From contig OX638154.1 in assembly GCA_951804945.1 (NCBI GenBank), positions 47,492,001 through 47,556,000 of the forward strand: a stretch of 64,000 bases of DNA, given 5' to 3'. Numbering within the stretch: the first letter of the stretch is position 1; each line of letters opens with the position of its first letter. This document shows, piece by piece, positions 52,601 through 63,194 of the stretch. Both the position numbers and the translations under genes were made by a program. This DNA comes from Podarcis cretensis. Taxonomy: Eukaryota. Under the pieces are notes generated by a model. The model was given only the letters and a program-made list of their open reading frames with translations. It made no database searches and was not told the DNA's origin.

Positions 52601-55600
52601 TATCAACTGAGGCTGAAATCTTCCAATGTTGTGCTTGAGAAACTATTTTAATTGGTCTGGGGGGAGAATGTGGGAAGAGTAACCCTTTCTAATCCATCCT
52701 TCATCCTCAAGGGCCCCAGTGCCTAGGAAAAGGGAAAGGAATCTTTATCAAGCAGTAAAGCATTCATACAAAGGATACCTGTAGGGCTAAAATGTAGATG
52801 TTGTGTCCAACTTCCCGAGGAGAAACATCAGAGTTCTCACACTCTTCTTCTTGAACATAGGCTTTCTTAATGACATCAACCTGTGAAATATTTCACACAT
52901 AAGTCCTGGTCACTAAAGCAGGAATCTGCTATAGGCAAGGCTATAGCAATAGCATAGTAAACAGGTAGGCTTGCTGTATGAGCAAAGAATCTGCTATTCT
53001 GTGAAGAATTGGTGTCCTGAGAATCACAGCTTTCATTTTTAATAAGAAAATGGACAGCCTTACTGTTACTAGCTCTTGTAGAGAAATGGACTAAAAATCT
53101 CAGAATTCAAAAGGGTTGAAAATAATGCCCTGAGTCTTTTTCTCTCCCACATAGCTGCCCCATCCTACAGTCCACAAATTCCAACCCACCTCACCAAACC
53201 CTTATTCCATTCTAAAGGTAAAGGACCCCTGACCATTAGATCCAGTCTTGGCCGACTCTGGGGTTGTGGCGCTCATCTCGCTTTATTGGCTGAGGGAGTT
53301 GGTGTACAGCTTCCGGGTCATGTGGCCAGCATGACTAAGCTGCTTCTGGTGAACCAGAGCAGTGCACAGAAATGCCGTTTACCTTCCCGCCGGAGCGGTA
53401 CCTATTTATTTACTTGCACTTTGACGTGCTTTCGAACTGCTAGGTGGGCAGGAGCAGGGACCGAGCAATGGGAGCTCACCCCGTCGCAGGGATTCGAACC
53501 GCTGACCTTCTGATCAGCAAGTCCTAGGCTCTGTGGTTTAACCCACAGTGCCACCCGCGTCCCCATTCTACTCTAGTCTTTCCATTCTATTCTAGTCATT
53601 CCATTCTAGTCTTTGCCAAATGTTTCCAAGTAGTATGGAAACCAAAGGGCAGCAAGGCAAATGTTTGTCAACTGACCAGCTAGTGTCTCAATTTTGACCC
53701 TACTGTATTATGGTCTGGGCAAACCTCAGGCTTGTGAGCTGATGAAGACCCTTCCAGGCCTATTTACTGGGTGTGAGGGATCTCCCGAGGCCGTGTCCAC
53801 TCTCCTCAGGTCACTTCCCCTGTTCCCATGCCATGTCCCTCACAGACCCTGCTTCTCGTTCTCCTTGAGGGCTTCTGCCTGGCTGGAATGTGTTCTTGGA
53901 ACTGGGACAGAGTGTGCGGCTTGTCTTGTTGGAAGATGGAGATAAGTGGGTACAGAAACCTTGGACTTTTGCAGAGTCACATCCATTGCTCTGCATACTC
54001 CTGCCTCAAACTCTACCCACCATTGGCATGAGGCTTCCAGAATGTTGCCAGCAAGGAAATGCAGTCCTCAGGCTGAAAAATGTTCCACACCCCTGCTATA
54101 ATCTATTATTCTCTTCGTCCCTCTGCTGAATTTGCCAAGGAGCAAGGTAGCTGGCATATTGTCTGAAGAGTGCTCAGAGATGGTACCCATCTAACATGGT
54201 GCAGACTGAGACCAGTTACTTAGGAGCAAATGGATTCCACGTACGTGAAGTAAAACAGGTTATATTTCTACAAGGCTCTGTCAAGAGGGAACTGCAAAGC
54301 TGATAAAGAGGATGATGAGAAGCTGCTTAAAGGATGGATGTCCTATATCCCAATTGTGCTCCACACAATTCCAGGTCCCCTTTATTTCAATAATGATTTG
54401 AAGTGCAAGAGATCTCTCAAAAGCAGGAAAGACCACACAGAGCTATCCCAGCCCTCTCAACTTTCTTACCAATTCCTGAGGCCGAAGGCTGATGAGAATC
54501 CGCTCAGCATTCTCACTGTCATGCCTGCTCTCCATCAGGGCCAGCAAAAGCTTGGAGGCATTGTCCTTATAACAAACAAAAAAAAGCTACTGCAGTAAAG
54601 ATAGATGGTTTCAACACACCATGTATCCAGAGCGCACTCACTCTGCAGAAGATCAATCCTCCATCAAAGCTACAAGAGAAGTCAGGACTCCAAAGGGATG
54701 AGGGAGAGCAAGGAGGAACCAACACACAATATGATTGGGTGGGCAGTATTTGAGAGGCAGGAAGTGGAAGAAGCTTGGTGCATGCAAAACCATGTTTTGG
54801 CGCAAAGAGCTAGAATGATCACATTCAAATACGTTCTAGTCTGACCATGAAATAATTGCATGCAGGAAGTCAACCTCCAACATGAAGCATCTCTTGCCAT
54901 CCCATATCTCCCATCCCTCCTTGTCCCATCACCACATTTCCAGCCAAGCCATCTACCTTTAGCTGAAGAACCAAGTCCATTCGGTACTTGCAGAGGGGGC
55001 TGATGTCATTGAGGATCAGGGCTGTGATGATGTCTATGCCGTTTGACTCATGGGTCACAATGCAGCTCTGTGGGTTAATACAAGGGAGTTACTCAACTGG
55101 CTCACAGCCGACTCCAAATCTCTGCTCCTATTCAAATGCTGAGACATAAATTTGATGCTCTATCCAGCATCACCTTGTGTGAATCAAGGTGAACTCACGA
55201 TTTCACTGGATGATGGAAGCAATGCGATTTTATCCACAAGTCAGTTGGGGTTACCTGGTTCTCATGACAGGGTCCCTGGCAATATTCTGTCAGTGTCTCC
55301 AGAGTCTGGGTGATGAGGGCCACGTTGTATTCATTGATGTAGAGGCCCAACAAGCCCAGCCGTCCTGTGGTACTACCACACATAATATCGAGAAACTGCA
55401 GGGTTTCACACACCAGATTGTAGTTGGTTTTATTGTTCTGACAGCGGAGGAAGTTCTGTAAAACCAAGAGCAGAGTTTAAGAGGCATCTCAGTGGCGGGC
55501 AGCTTTTCAAAAGCAGACATCACTTGGATATGAGATATGCTGCAGAAAGGACCCATTTCAGGGCAGGATGCCCACCTGGAGATCCCGGTTGTGATTCTCA

Positions 55601-58600
55601 CACAGCAGCTGCAGAAAGCGAAGAATTGGCTCCATGATCAAAACAGACACACCCATTTCATTGCTTTGGCTTCTATCCCTTGCATCATGGCCAGTCCGGA
55701 GCCCTACACCCATTGGATAACGGGATGGGGCGCTGGGCAGCATGAAAGATGTGACTCGTTCTGCAAGGAAATCAACACTTGGTTACTGGCTTAGCATATG
55801 AGCTGTGGCAACCTGTCTGGAAGCCCTAAAGCCAGTCTGTCTGACTCTTCAGAAAAAGGCATCCCCCTTTGTTCCACTGAGCCTCTCCCTTCCTGTAAGC
55901 ATCACCCAGCAGCTCAAGTGATGTCCCCTTTTTGACACTCTGGAAGACTCGGCCACTGAAGACCTTGTTATGTGCTGACAGAAGGCTCACCCATTTGCTA
56001 TTCTGGAGCATGGCTTCTACCAGGAAGCTGAAATACCATGTGGTTTAGGCTGGCAACAGTGACACACACCAAGGATCCCTGCCCCCAGTAATTAGGTGTT
56101 TCCCTAATATAGTTATTGCCAGTCTGGATGACAGACAGCCTTTCACCTAAGCTGGGTGTTTCCTGGAGCTTTAGTTTATTAAGGACCAAGTTAACCCTAC
56201 ACTTGCAGAATGCTGAGGGAGCTGGCTTAAAGATTGATGGAGATAAAAAATTAGTACCCATACTGTTTCTCAGTGCAAGGAACCTTTATTTTCCCATGGA
56301 GGGCTGCATTCCTTCAGGGGTAATCTATGGGGGAATGCTTGCTGGTGATGGGCAGGGCCAAAGTCAGCGTGTGGGGTAGTGGGTTAGAGCAAAAAGTGGT
56401 TGGGGCACTTCTATCTCTCTGTCTCTCTCCTTGTCATCCACATGAAGTTGAGGGTTACATGTGACCCACAAGCCATATGCTCCTCTCTGCTGTCACAGAT
56501 CCCACATTTTTCAAGAGGGAGTTACTATTCTTCATTTGGGAATCCAAGGGTTGAGAGAGATGTGGCCATTTTTAGAGATTCTTGCCAAGAGCATTTGTTG
56601 CTTTCCTAGACAAGCTCTGGTGAGCCCAGAATAAACTGGGTTTCCACATACCTTTGCTGGTATGGTCTGGGGAGTCTTTGTCCTCATGAGGTTTGTTGCC
56701 AATATCGCTCATATTTACAGTCACTGTAGACTTGACTTCCTGCTGAGCTTTCTTCATCCGGTCATGCAGAACTTTAAAGAACTTTTCTGACTTCTTGTCA
56801 CCCGTCATCAAGTTATAGAATGATTTCTTCAGAAAGGGTGGGAGGAACAGGGAAGGGGTTAGACACTTAGTCCTCTGTTCAGGCTTCCAATAAGCATTTG
56901 GGAAGCCATTGCAAAAGAGCAGTATGTTGGATTAATGGGCCTTTGGCCTGACCCAGTGGGGCTCCTGTTAGGTTCTTATCCTGCTAGGACCAACCATTTC
57001 TTCCAAGGCCATCTGGATTACCTTTAGCAATCGCAAGGTTTTCTGACAGGCAGCTCAAGTTTCATATTACAATTGGGATCTGATGGTAACAATACAAAAT
57101 TCCTATCCTGCAGATTTCCACAAGCCAGACTCATACTAAATTAACATTTTCCAGATTGTATCAAGAAGGGGGAAAAATAATGACCACAAAGAAAGGAAGG
57201 ATACCCAGCAGAGGAAGTCCATGGTTTGGTCTGCACCATCGGATTTATAATATGACATCATGCTTCATCAACAATTTCCCCCAGAGGTAGAGAAGTTAAA
57301 ATCTTACAAGATTTATGATTCATGTTATAGTGGAGGAAAATTATACTCCCATCGGCTTTTCAAAAACTTTTAGAAAAGCTTAAATTAGAACAAAGTTGGA
57401 TATGCACATTTCAAAGTTAGTTATGCCCAGATCAGATTTCTAAAATAAAGGAATGTTAATGGTAAAGTCAAATGTTGTCACAACATGCTATTTTAAAGAT
57501 GCACAGTAGAGGGAGCAAAAGTTGTTTTAGAAAAACTATTACAGTCATACCTCTAGTTACATACTGCTCTGGTTACGTAACTTTCAGGTTACGAACCCGG
57601 AAGTGTTTACTTCTGGGTTCGCCGCACGTGCAGAAATGACCTGCACACTACGCGCAGTAGCAGCGCTCTACTTAGGGACTTTTCAGGTTGTGAACAGCAC
57701 CCCGAATGGATGGCGTTCATAAGTAGAGGTACCACTGTACTACAGTTAGGCATCTCAAGGGTACAATTTTAAAGAAATCTGGCTATATGTCTTACAACTC
57801 ATTCCTTCTTCCAATTATATAGTCAACCAACTGGTGCAATATTATTTTTTTAAGGGTTAATTCCACTAAACATGTTTTGTGCTCGCTTGCTGGGGCACCC
57901 AAAGTTGTTGCCGCAGGATCACATTACACCATGGGACAGTCAAATTTGGTAGCTCTGTCCCTGCCACGGTTGAGATATGTACCCCACAGTCACAGTATGG
58001 CATTAGAAGTTAAACTGAATTTACACTAGGCAAAAAGTGAGCACTTGGGTAGTTATCTGAACTTAAGTGGAAGCTGTCGCAGCAGACACAAACCTGTATC
58101 TCTGTGTTGCCCCCGTCCAGCAGCCGTATGGCCAGGCGGATGCTTTCCTGAAAAATCTTCTCATTCTTGGTGTTCATGATGAGGTCAGACACCAGCTTGG
58201 TGGCCCCTTCTCTGTCCAGCCGGCACTGAATGGCAGCAATGACTGACCAATCCTGATCTTGGCCTGTAGGCAAAAAGAACATTAGGGGAAGAGGGAGGTG
58301 GAGGCAGCCGAACAGCTTAAAAATCATAACTTAACAAATACAGGGAGGAAGGCTAATTCAATAGTTAATGTGTCACCCTCAGACATGGAAAAATACGGTG
58401 CTCCATTTAATTACTACCCTCGGGCAGTTTATGTGACTTTGGCCCAATCAAGCACAAAAAGATGCAAAAACCATTGATGCGATTAAACTGTATGAAGGGC
58501 TACATATCAGCTTAAGTAGCTGGTGATGGTGAATAATTTGTATTTGCAAATAGTATTTGCTACCTTGGCTCCTCTATCCATCAGTTTTCTCTCTGCTTGG

Positions 58601-61600
58601 CCAGGGATAATAAACAGCCCCCTGGTTCACAGTGATAGCTTTGAAGAGCGGAAGGTAAGGCCCAAGGCTCAGTGGTAGAGCACATCTCCTGCACATAGAA
58701 AGCCCCAGATCCAAGCTATGGCAGGGCTGAAACCATGAGAGGGCCACTGCTAGTCTGCACCAGGAAACCCTGAGCTAGATAAACCAGGAGTCTGGTCCAC
58801 AGTAAGCTGTATGCAACCAACATGTGCACCTTCAAGAACATCTGAAATGCCCATCCTATATCTGTGTCCTGCACATCTGAGTGGCAGAAGATGGATTTAA
58901 GGGATTCAGAGAAGGGATGGAGAGAAAATGACACAAGAATGAGGAAGATGAAAGCCAGACCTGCAGGCCACTTACCAGTTCCAGAAGGGTCAACAATCTC
59001 CCCTTTGGAGCCAGACCTCTTGGTTTGCAGATAATTAGACAAAAGCATTTTCCTCAATGTGTTGCCCTGGCATGAGAAAGAAGTGGGAGGAACTGCTCAT
59101 CATGATCATCATGATCTTTTGTATTTCAAACCATAACACAAAGTTATCTGGGTGGTTTACAGTAAAAAAAAGGGGGGGAGAAAGGAAAGAAATATAAAAC
59201 ATAAAAGCACAAAGTCAAGATTAAACAAATATTTAAAATAAACACCCTCCATGATTAAAAACATGGATTAAAAAACTGAGAGGCCCAATAACTGGTTTAG
59301 GAGGCTTAGGTAAATAGAAAGGTATCCACCTGGCACTCAGAAGTTAACAAAGATGATGCCAGGCAATCTCATTTGAAAAGCTGATCCATAACAGTGGTGC
59401 CACTACCAAAAAGGCCCCTTCCCTGAGAATTACTCCCTTACTTCATTTAGTGGAGGCACCTGGAGCAGGGCCTCCAAAGAGGATCCTAAGGTTCCAGTAG
59501 GTAAGTATGGAAGAAAGCTGACCACTGTAAGGAACAAGATGCTGGACTGCATAGACCTTTGGTTTGAGCCAGCAGAACTCCTCCTAAGTCTTTAATATTA
59601 ATGATCCATTTCATTCAGGCTCTCAGTGAATGAGTTAAACTCTGTGAAATAGCAGTGACTGGACAGTTTTTGTGTAGTTAAGAGATGCAATGTCTTGTTA
59701 CCAAGAAGGGGGATCCTCTCAGAACGCGGTAAAACAGGCCTGGCTCTTTGCCCAGCAAGTCTACCAGGGAAAACAGACTGAGAAAGCGAGTTTGCTGTGG
59801 AGGTACCTTATATGTGAGCCCAAACCTCCTCAGCCACTCACCCTCTCTCCATATTTGTTCCTCTTCATCAGCATCTGCTGCAGTGTCCTCAGCACCTTAA
59901 TGCAAAGCTTCTCCTCACTTTCCATCAGGTCTTTGGTGTGCTGGACCAATCTAGCAACACAAGAAGAATTCCTCTCATTTCCACTACCAGTATGCACACC
60001 CAACCACAAGGAATGTTACAAAATACCAAGGACCCTGTTCCTAACTAGACAAGTCCACAGGCCACATCAGTCTTGCCAACCAAGTCTCAAAACCTTTAAT
60101 TCTTTCATGCCAGCACTTTTTATCTTCTCCTTCCAGGAGTAAAAAGTCAAATAGGTTAAAGGACCCCTGGGTGGTTAAGTCCAGTCAAAGGCGACTATGG
60201 GGTTGTGGCACTCATCTCGCTTTCAGGCCGAGGGAGCCAGCGTTTGTCCACAGACAGCTTTCTGGGTCATGTGGCCAGCATGACTAAACTGCTTCTGGCA
60301 CCACGGAACACCGTGATGGAAACCAGAGTGCACGGAAACACCGTTTACCTTCCCGCTAGAGTGGTACCTATTTATCTACTTGCACTTTGATGTGCTTTCG
60401 AATTGCTAGGTTGGCAGGAGCTGGGACAGACCAACGGGAGCACACTCCGTGGCGGGGATTCGAACCACCTACCTTCCAATCAGCAAGCCCAAGAAGCTCA
60501 GTGGTTTAGACCACAGTGCCACCCGCTCCCAGGAGTAGCCGGCAGGGCATGGCAGTGTTGCACACCTGGCCTCTCAGCAGCATCACCAAGATGGCAGTAC
60601 CAAGATAGGGGGGGGGCAGCAGGGAGGTTGAGGCAGTGTAAAAGCCCCACTCACGTGCTACCCTAACCTCAATGTCACCACCAACCTGTCCCAGACCACT
60701 TTCCAGAATCTGTCTTCCAAGACCCACTTACTTAGAAAGGAAACCGCCACTTTCGCAACGCTGGTAGGCTTCTGTGCCTTCCATGAAAAGCAGTTCTGGG
60801 CGGTGCAAGACATCCACCAGGACTGAAAGTTCAGCTTCTACCAGGGGCTGCAAGCGCTCCTCCAAGGAATTGATGATGTCCTGGAAAAGCATAGTGTCGT
60901 CAGGGCAAAGCTAGATGCGATTATGCTGCAGAAGCGTGACATTTGTTACTGAGCGCAGAATTCAGCATCCTGAATATCTTGGCTTTCGTAGAAAAAGGAA
61001 GATGCAAATTTCTAGTTCTGAAGCCTGCAAAGAGAAACCTGAAAATGTGTGGGCACAGCCAGAGGGTAGGATATCAAGTATACGAAAGATCAGAGCTCCC
61101 ATTTATGCAGGCTTCAGAAAGGCTGTCACCTTTTGGGCACACAGAATTGGGAGTTTCCTCAGAGTGGCGTTCAGATTTTTATTTCTGACAGAACAGCACC
61201 CTAAGCCATTCCTTGGGGAGAAGCACACCCTGGATACCTTCCAAACAAAACCTCTTCTCAGTCCCTACCTGCAGCTTCTCAATGATGTTTTTATAGTCCC
61301 ACTGGTTGGTTGTTGCTGATACCCGAGGAAAAGTGCGTGAGGCTGTCTTGTAGCTGGAGGCATTCCTCTGTGCATTGCTGATGGAGGCGCTGTTCAGCAG
61401 GGAGCTGACGTGGGCATCAAGGTCCATGGGTAACACAATGGAGCGGCTCTTGGCTGAAAGGAGAGAAGGCTTACAAACAAGGAAGGCGCCTCAAGGTACA
61501 CCCAGGGAACCTGGGTGATATCCTACAGCCCTGGTTCTGGCAGATCACCCATGCCAAGCCTTCTTTGAAGAACTAGTAGACCCCATGTTGGAGACCACAG

Positions 61601-63194
61601 TTGGCCACCTCTGGTAGGAATTTCAGCCATGCAAAATCTCAGGTGCCTAAACTGCAAGGAGAGAAGATCTGTAGTCCATCCAAACCAGATCACTGAAGGA
61701 TGTAAGTCTGATGGCTTTTTCTCATGTTGACTTCAGGGAACAAAGCCCAGACAGTCGCCCTGACTCACTCAGCCCAAGACAGTTCCTTACCAACCATAGC
61801 CAGCGTGCGAATGCAAGCTTCTACTGAGCCCTTGTGTTGCTGCTGCAGCCAAGGACACTCCAAGAGCCTCGTGGTAGACTGGAGGAGCTGCACCACAATA
61901 GTCTGGTGGGTCTGCAAGAGAGGTGAGGCATTTAAGGGGAATGTTTCAGCACATTGCTTACACTGCTGTATCAGCTTCTGTTTGGATACAATGAGACGAA
62001 GGGACCATGAGATTGGACTATAGGTGATCCACAGATCCTGGAGCTTTTAAAAGAATGTAACAGCAGCTGGGGAGGCCTGAACAGGATCAGGGCTGTGATA
62101 CTGGGGAAGGGTTAACCTTTTTCCCCCATACCATTTTCCCAAATCAAAATTGCAAAGTAGCAGTTTAACTCACAGAGGGAAACATAAAAAGTATATTTGC
62201 GCCACGAAGCTAGCAGCAGCAGGTGGGGGGGGGAGGACAAATTGGATTAGGGAAAAGGTCAGCGAAAAGGGAAATAACTTGTTTATTTATTTATTTATTT
62301 ATTCATACATACGTACATACATACATACATACATACCCCGCCCATCTGGCTGGGTTTCCCCAGCCACTCTGGGCAGCTCCCAACATAATATTAAAAACAT
62401 GATAAAACATCAAACATTAAAAACTTCCCTAAACAGGGCTGCCTTCAAATGTCTTCTAAAAGTCATATAGTTGTTTATTTCCTTGATATCTGATGGGAGG
62501 GTATTCCACAGGGCGGACGCCACTACCAACCCTCCACAGACCTGATCTGATTTTGCTGTATTTACATTTAAAAAACTAAGCAAGGTACCCAATCATGGAT
62601 CTCCCACTGACTCGTCTAGTTACCCTTAGAACAGCAGCTTATCAATCAACCTCTTACAGTGGTTTTGTTTTTCGATTCTAAACCTGAGTTGAGGATCCAC
62701 TCAATTGCTGATTGCTATCCTGATTCAAGTGGGAGTGAAAAAAAGAATGATAATATAAAGTGTGCAAACTGAATCCTAATTTTTAGCTATGGAGAATATT
62801 CTACATCTGCTTCAGCAGGTCACACTGAGCTTCTCAAATACCTTTTTAGCCGACAAAGTATAGGCCAAGCCAAGTAGCATCCACCTTATGAATGCATCTG
62901 TCCCTCAGAAGAGAAGGGAAATGCATGCTAGAGCTGGCCTATGTAGAGACAGAATTAGACTGCAAATCTTGTTCCTTATAAGTACTGGGACCAGTGACAT
63001 CCTTGCCAGTTCACAATTATGGTCCTACGCTGGAACGGATTTGAGAACCTGAAGTTACCCATTTGTACCTGTAGCGAGGTGCTGTTCTCAGAGAAAGGAG
63101 AGCTGAAGAAAGCATGGATTGTGTCCAGCACCACAGTGAGTACATACTTCTCCAAAGAGGGATCCGCCAGGCGCTTCTCACGCTTCTTGCACAC
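37581..63194 (-). CDS. ITPR3: Inositol 1,4,5-trisphosphate receptor type 3, 3' portion (last 26 coding exons, 3657 nt); gene continues beyond the window
   Basis: Spliced translation has LCENHN and LTEYCQGP (Ca2+-site residues), TM helices, the GGGVGD filter, the [12 protein letters not shown] gate, the CFICG..EHNMW Zn-finger, RMRAMS, and the type-3-like C-terminus [22 protein letters not shown]. All exon phases are consistent. Confidence 0.97.
38712..38873 (-). CDS. ITPR3: ITPR3 exon ([16 protein letters not shown]...ELKEQ)
   Basis: 162 nt, AG/GT bounded. Confidence 0.95.
39362..39522 (-). CDS. ITPR3: ITPR3 exon (LERDKFDNK...[10 protein letters not shown]...[13 protein letters not shown])
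   Basis: 161 nt, AG/GT bounded. Confidence 0.95.
40345..40510 (-). CDS. ITPR3: ITPR3 exon, TM6/gate (ESLFPARV...TTCFIC)
   Basis: 166 nt, AG/GT bounded. Confidence 0.96.
41056..41180 (-). CDS. ITPR3: ITPR3 exon, pore helix and filter ([12 protein letters not shown]...[14 protein letters not shown])
   Basis: 125 nt, AG/GT bounded. Confidence 0.96.
41867..41971 (-). CDS. ITPR3: ITPR3 exon, luminal loop ([23 protein letters not shown]...VIE)
   Basis: 105 nt, phase 1-1, AG/GT bounded. Confidence 0.9.
42060..42640 (-). mobile_element. Decayed L2-type LINE internal fragment
   Basis: Resembles lizard L2 ORF2 debris (ccacaagcatcctgtccacatcc block); boundaries approximate. Confidence 0.45.
42642..43180 (+). 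mobile_element. Candidate solo LTR (Gypsy-like)
   Basis: Begins TGTC, ends CCTGACA; purine-rich 5' half; ATTAAA at about 43092; G-rich flanks (AGGG/GGGG) fit a short TSD. Confidence 0.5.
43854..44046 (-). CDS. ITPR3: ITPR3 exon ([11 protein letters not shown]...TM5...PNIKSK)
   Basis: 193 nt, AG/GT bounded. Confidence 0.95.
44469..44633 (-). CDS. ITPR3: ITPR3 exon ([16 protein letters not shown]...FYSIL)
   Basis: 165 nt, AG/GT bounded. Confidence 0.95.
45227..45399 (-). CDS. ITPR3: ITPR3 exon (LLDSPLI...ILGALN)
   Basis: 173 nt, AG/GT bounded. Confidence 0.94.
46156..46749. mobile_element. hAT-Charlie-like non-autonomous element
   Basis: TIRs CAAAGGTTTTCAACC / GGTTGAAAACCACTG; 8-bp TSD ATCTACAT / ATCTGCAT. 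Confidence 0.85.
47108..47233 (-). CDS. ITPR3: ITPR3 exon, TM1 ([15 protein letters not shown]...EASSM)
   Basis: 126 nt, AG/GT bounded. Confidence 0.94.
47770..48430 (+). mobile_element. Decayed L2-type LINE, endonuclease region
   Basis: Translated remnants LGDVNVH...[13 protein letters not shown]...GHTLELVF match the APE-endonuclease GDFNxH and xxLDL blocks. Confidence 0.65.
48633..48825 (-). CDS. ITPR3: ITPR3 exon ([16 protein letters not shown]...WQKKLR)
   Basis: 193 nt, AG/GT bounded. Confidence 0.95.
49843..49953 (-). CDS. ITPR3: ITPR3 exon ([13 protein letters not shown]...[14 protein letters not shown])
   Basis: 111 nt, AG/GT bounded. Confidence 0.94.
50608..50991 (+). mobile_element. 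Sauria SINE (second subfamily)
   Basis: gggatgcgggtggcgctgtggtctaaacc head; ccaacctagcagttcgaaagc; degenerate ACCTTT tail; TSD tattgtgaaccca / tattgttaagcca. Confidence 0.9.
51894..51980 (-). CDS. ITPR3: ITPR3 exon ([29 protein letters not shown])
   Basis: 87 nt, phase 0-0. Confidence 0.94.
52779..52880 (-). CDS. ITPR3: ITPR3 exon (VDVIKKAY...[12 protein letters not shown])
   Basis: 102 nt, phase 0-0; donor CAG|gtatccttt. Confidence 0.94.
53215..53563 (-). mobile_element. Sauria SINE
   Basis: Reverse complement of the Sauria SINE pattern; TSD (c)cattcta on both sides. Confidence 0.92.
54470..54565 (-). CDS. ITPR3: ITPR3 exon ([32 protein letters not shown])
   Basis: 96 nt, AG/GT bounded. 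Confidence 0.95.
54957..55067 (-). CDS. ITPR3: ITPR3 exon ([14 protein letters not shown]...LVLQLK)
   Basis: 111 nt, AG/GT bounded. Confidence 0.95.
55255..55455 (-). CDS. ITPR3: ITPR3 exon (NFLRCQNNK...[13 protein letters not shown])
   Basis: 201 nt, AG/GT bounded. Confidence 0.96.
55576..55760 (-). CDS. ITPR3: ITPR3 exon (RVTSFMLPS...[10 protein letters not shown])
   Basis: 185 nt, AG/GT bounded. Confidence 0.95.
56652..56826 (-). CDS. ITPR3: ITPR3 exon ([17 protein letters not shown]...HTSK)
   Basis: 175 nt, AG/GT bounded. Confidence 0.94.
57542..57737. mobile_element. Tc1/mariner (Tigger-like) MITE
   Basis: TA|CAGTCATACCTCTA ... TAGAGGTACCACTG|TA. Confidence 0.82.
58094..58263 (-). 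CDS. ITPR3: ITPR3 exon ([16 protein letters not shown]...GGNTEIQ)
   Basis: 170 nt, AG/GT bounded. Confidence 0.95.
58658..58830 (+). mobile_element. Degenerate tRNA-derived SINE
   Basis: gctcagtggtagagca A-box head; ctgagctagat..acca tail. Confidence 0.6.
58976..59066 (-). CDS. ITPR3: ITPR3 exon ([14 protein letters not shown]...PSGT)
   Basis: 91 nt, AG/GT bounded. Confidence 0.93.
59100..59510 (-). mobile_element. L2-type LINE 3' fragment
   Basis: Same architecture as the 62277 copy (ggtgccactacc.aaaaggccc block, A-rich UTR). Confidence 0.55.
59842..59950 (-). CDS. ITPR3: ITPR3 exon ([27 protein letters not shown]...GER)
   Basis: 109 nt, AG/GT bounded. Confidence 0.94.
60142..60530 (-). 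mobile_element. Sauria SINE (same subfamily as the 50608 copy)
   Basis: Reverse-complement Sauria SINE; TSD (cc)aggagta on both sides. Confidence 0.92.
60732..60880 (-). CDS. ITPR3: ITPR3 exon ([26 protein letters not shown]...GGFLS)
   Basis: 149 nt, AG/GT bounded. Confidence 0.95.
61269..61453 (-). CDS. ITPR3: ITPR3 exon ([15 protein letters not shown]...[11 protein letters not shown])
   Basis: 185 nt, AG/GT bounded. Confidence 0.95.
61791..61911 (-). CDS. ITPR3: ITPR3 exon ([16 protein letters not shown]...CIRTLAMV)
   Basis: 121 nt, AG/GT bounded. Confidence 0.95.
62277..62530 (-). mobile_element. L2-type LINE 3' end with a microsatellite tail
   Basis: ORF2 C-terminus [34 protein letters not shown]; (TTTA)n/(CATA)n tail. 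Confidence 0.8.
63069..63194 (-). CDS. ITPR3: ITPR3 exon ([12 protein letters not shown]...FSENSTSLQ), most 5' exon in the window
   Basis: 126 nt, AG/GT bounded. Confidence 0.95.
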
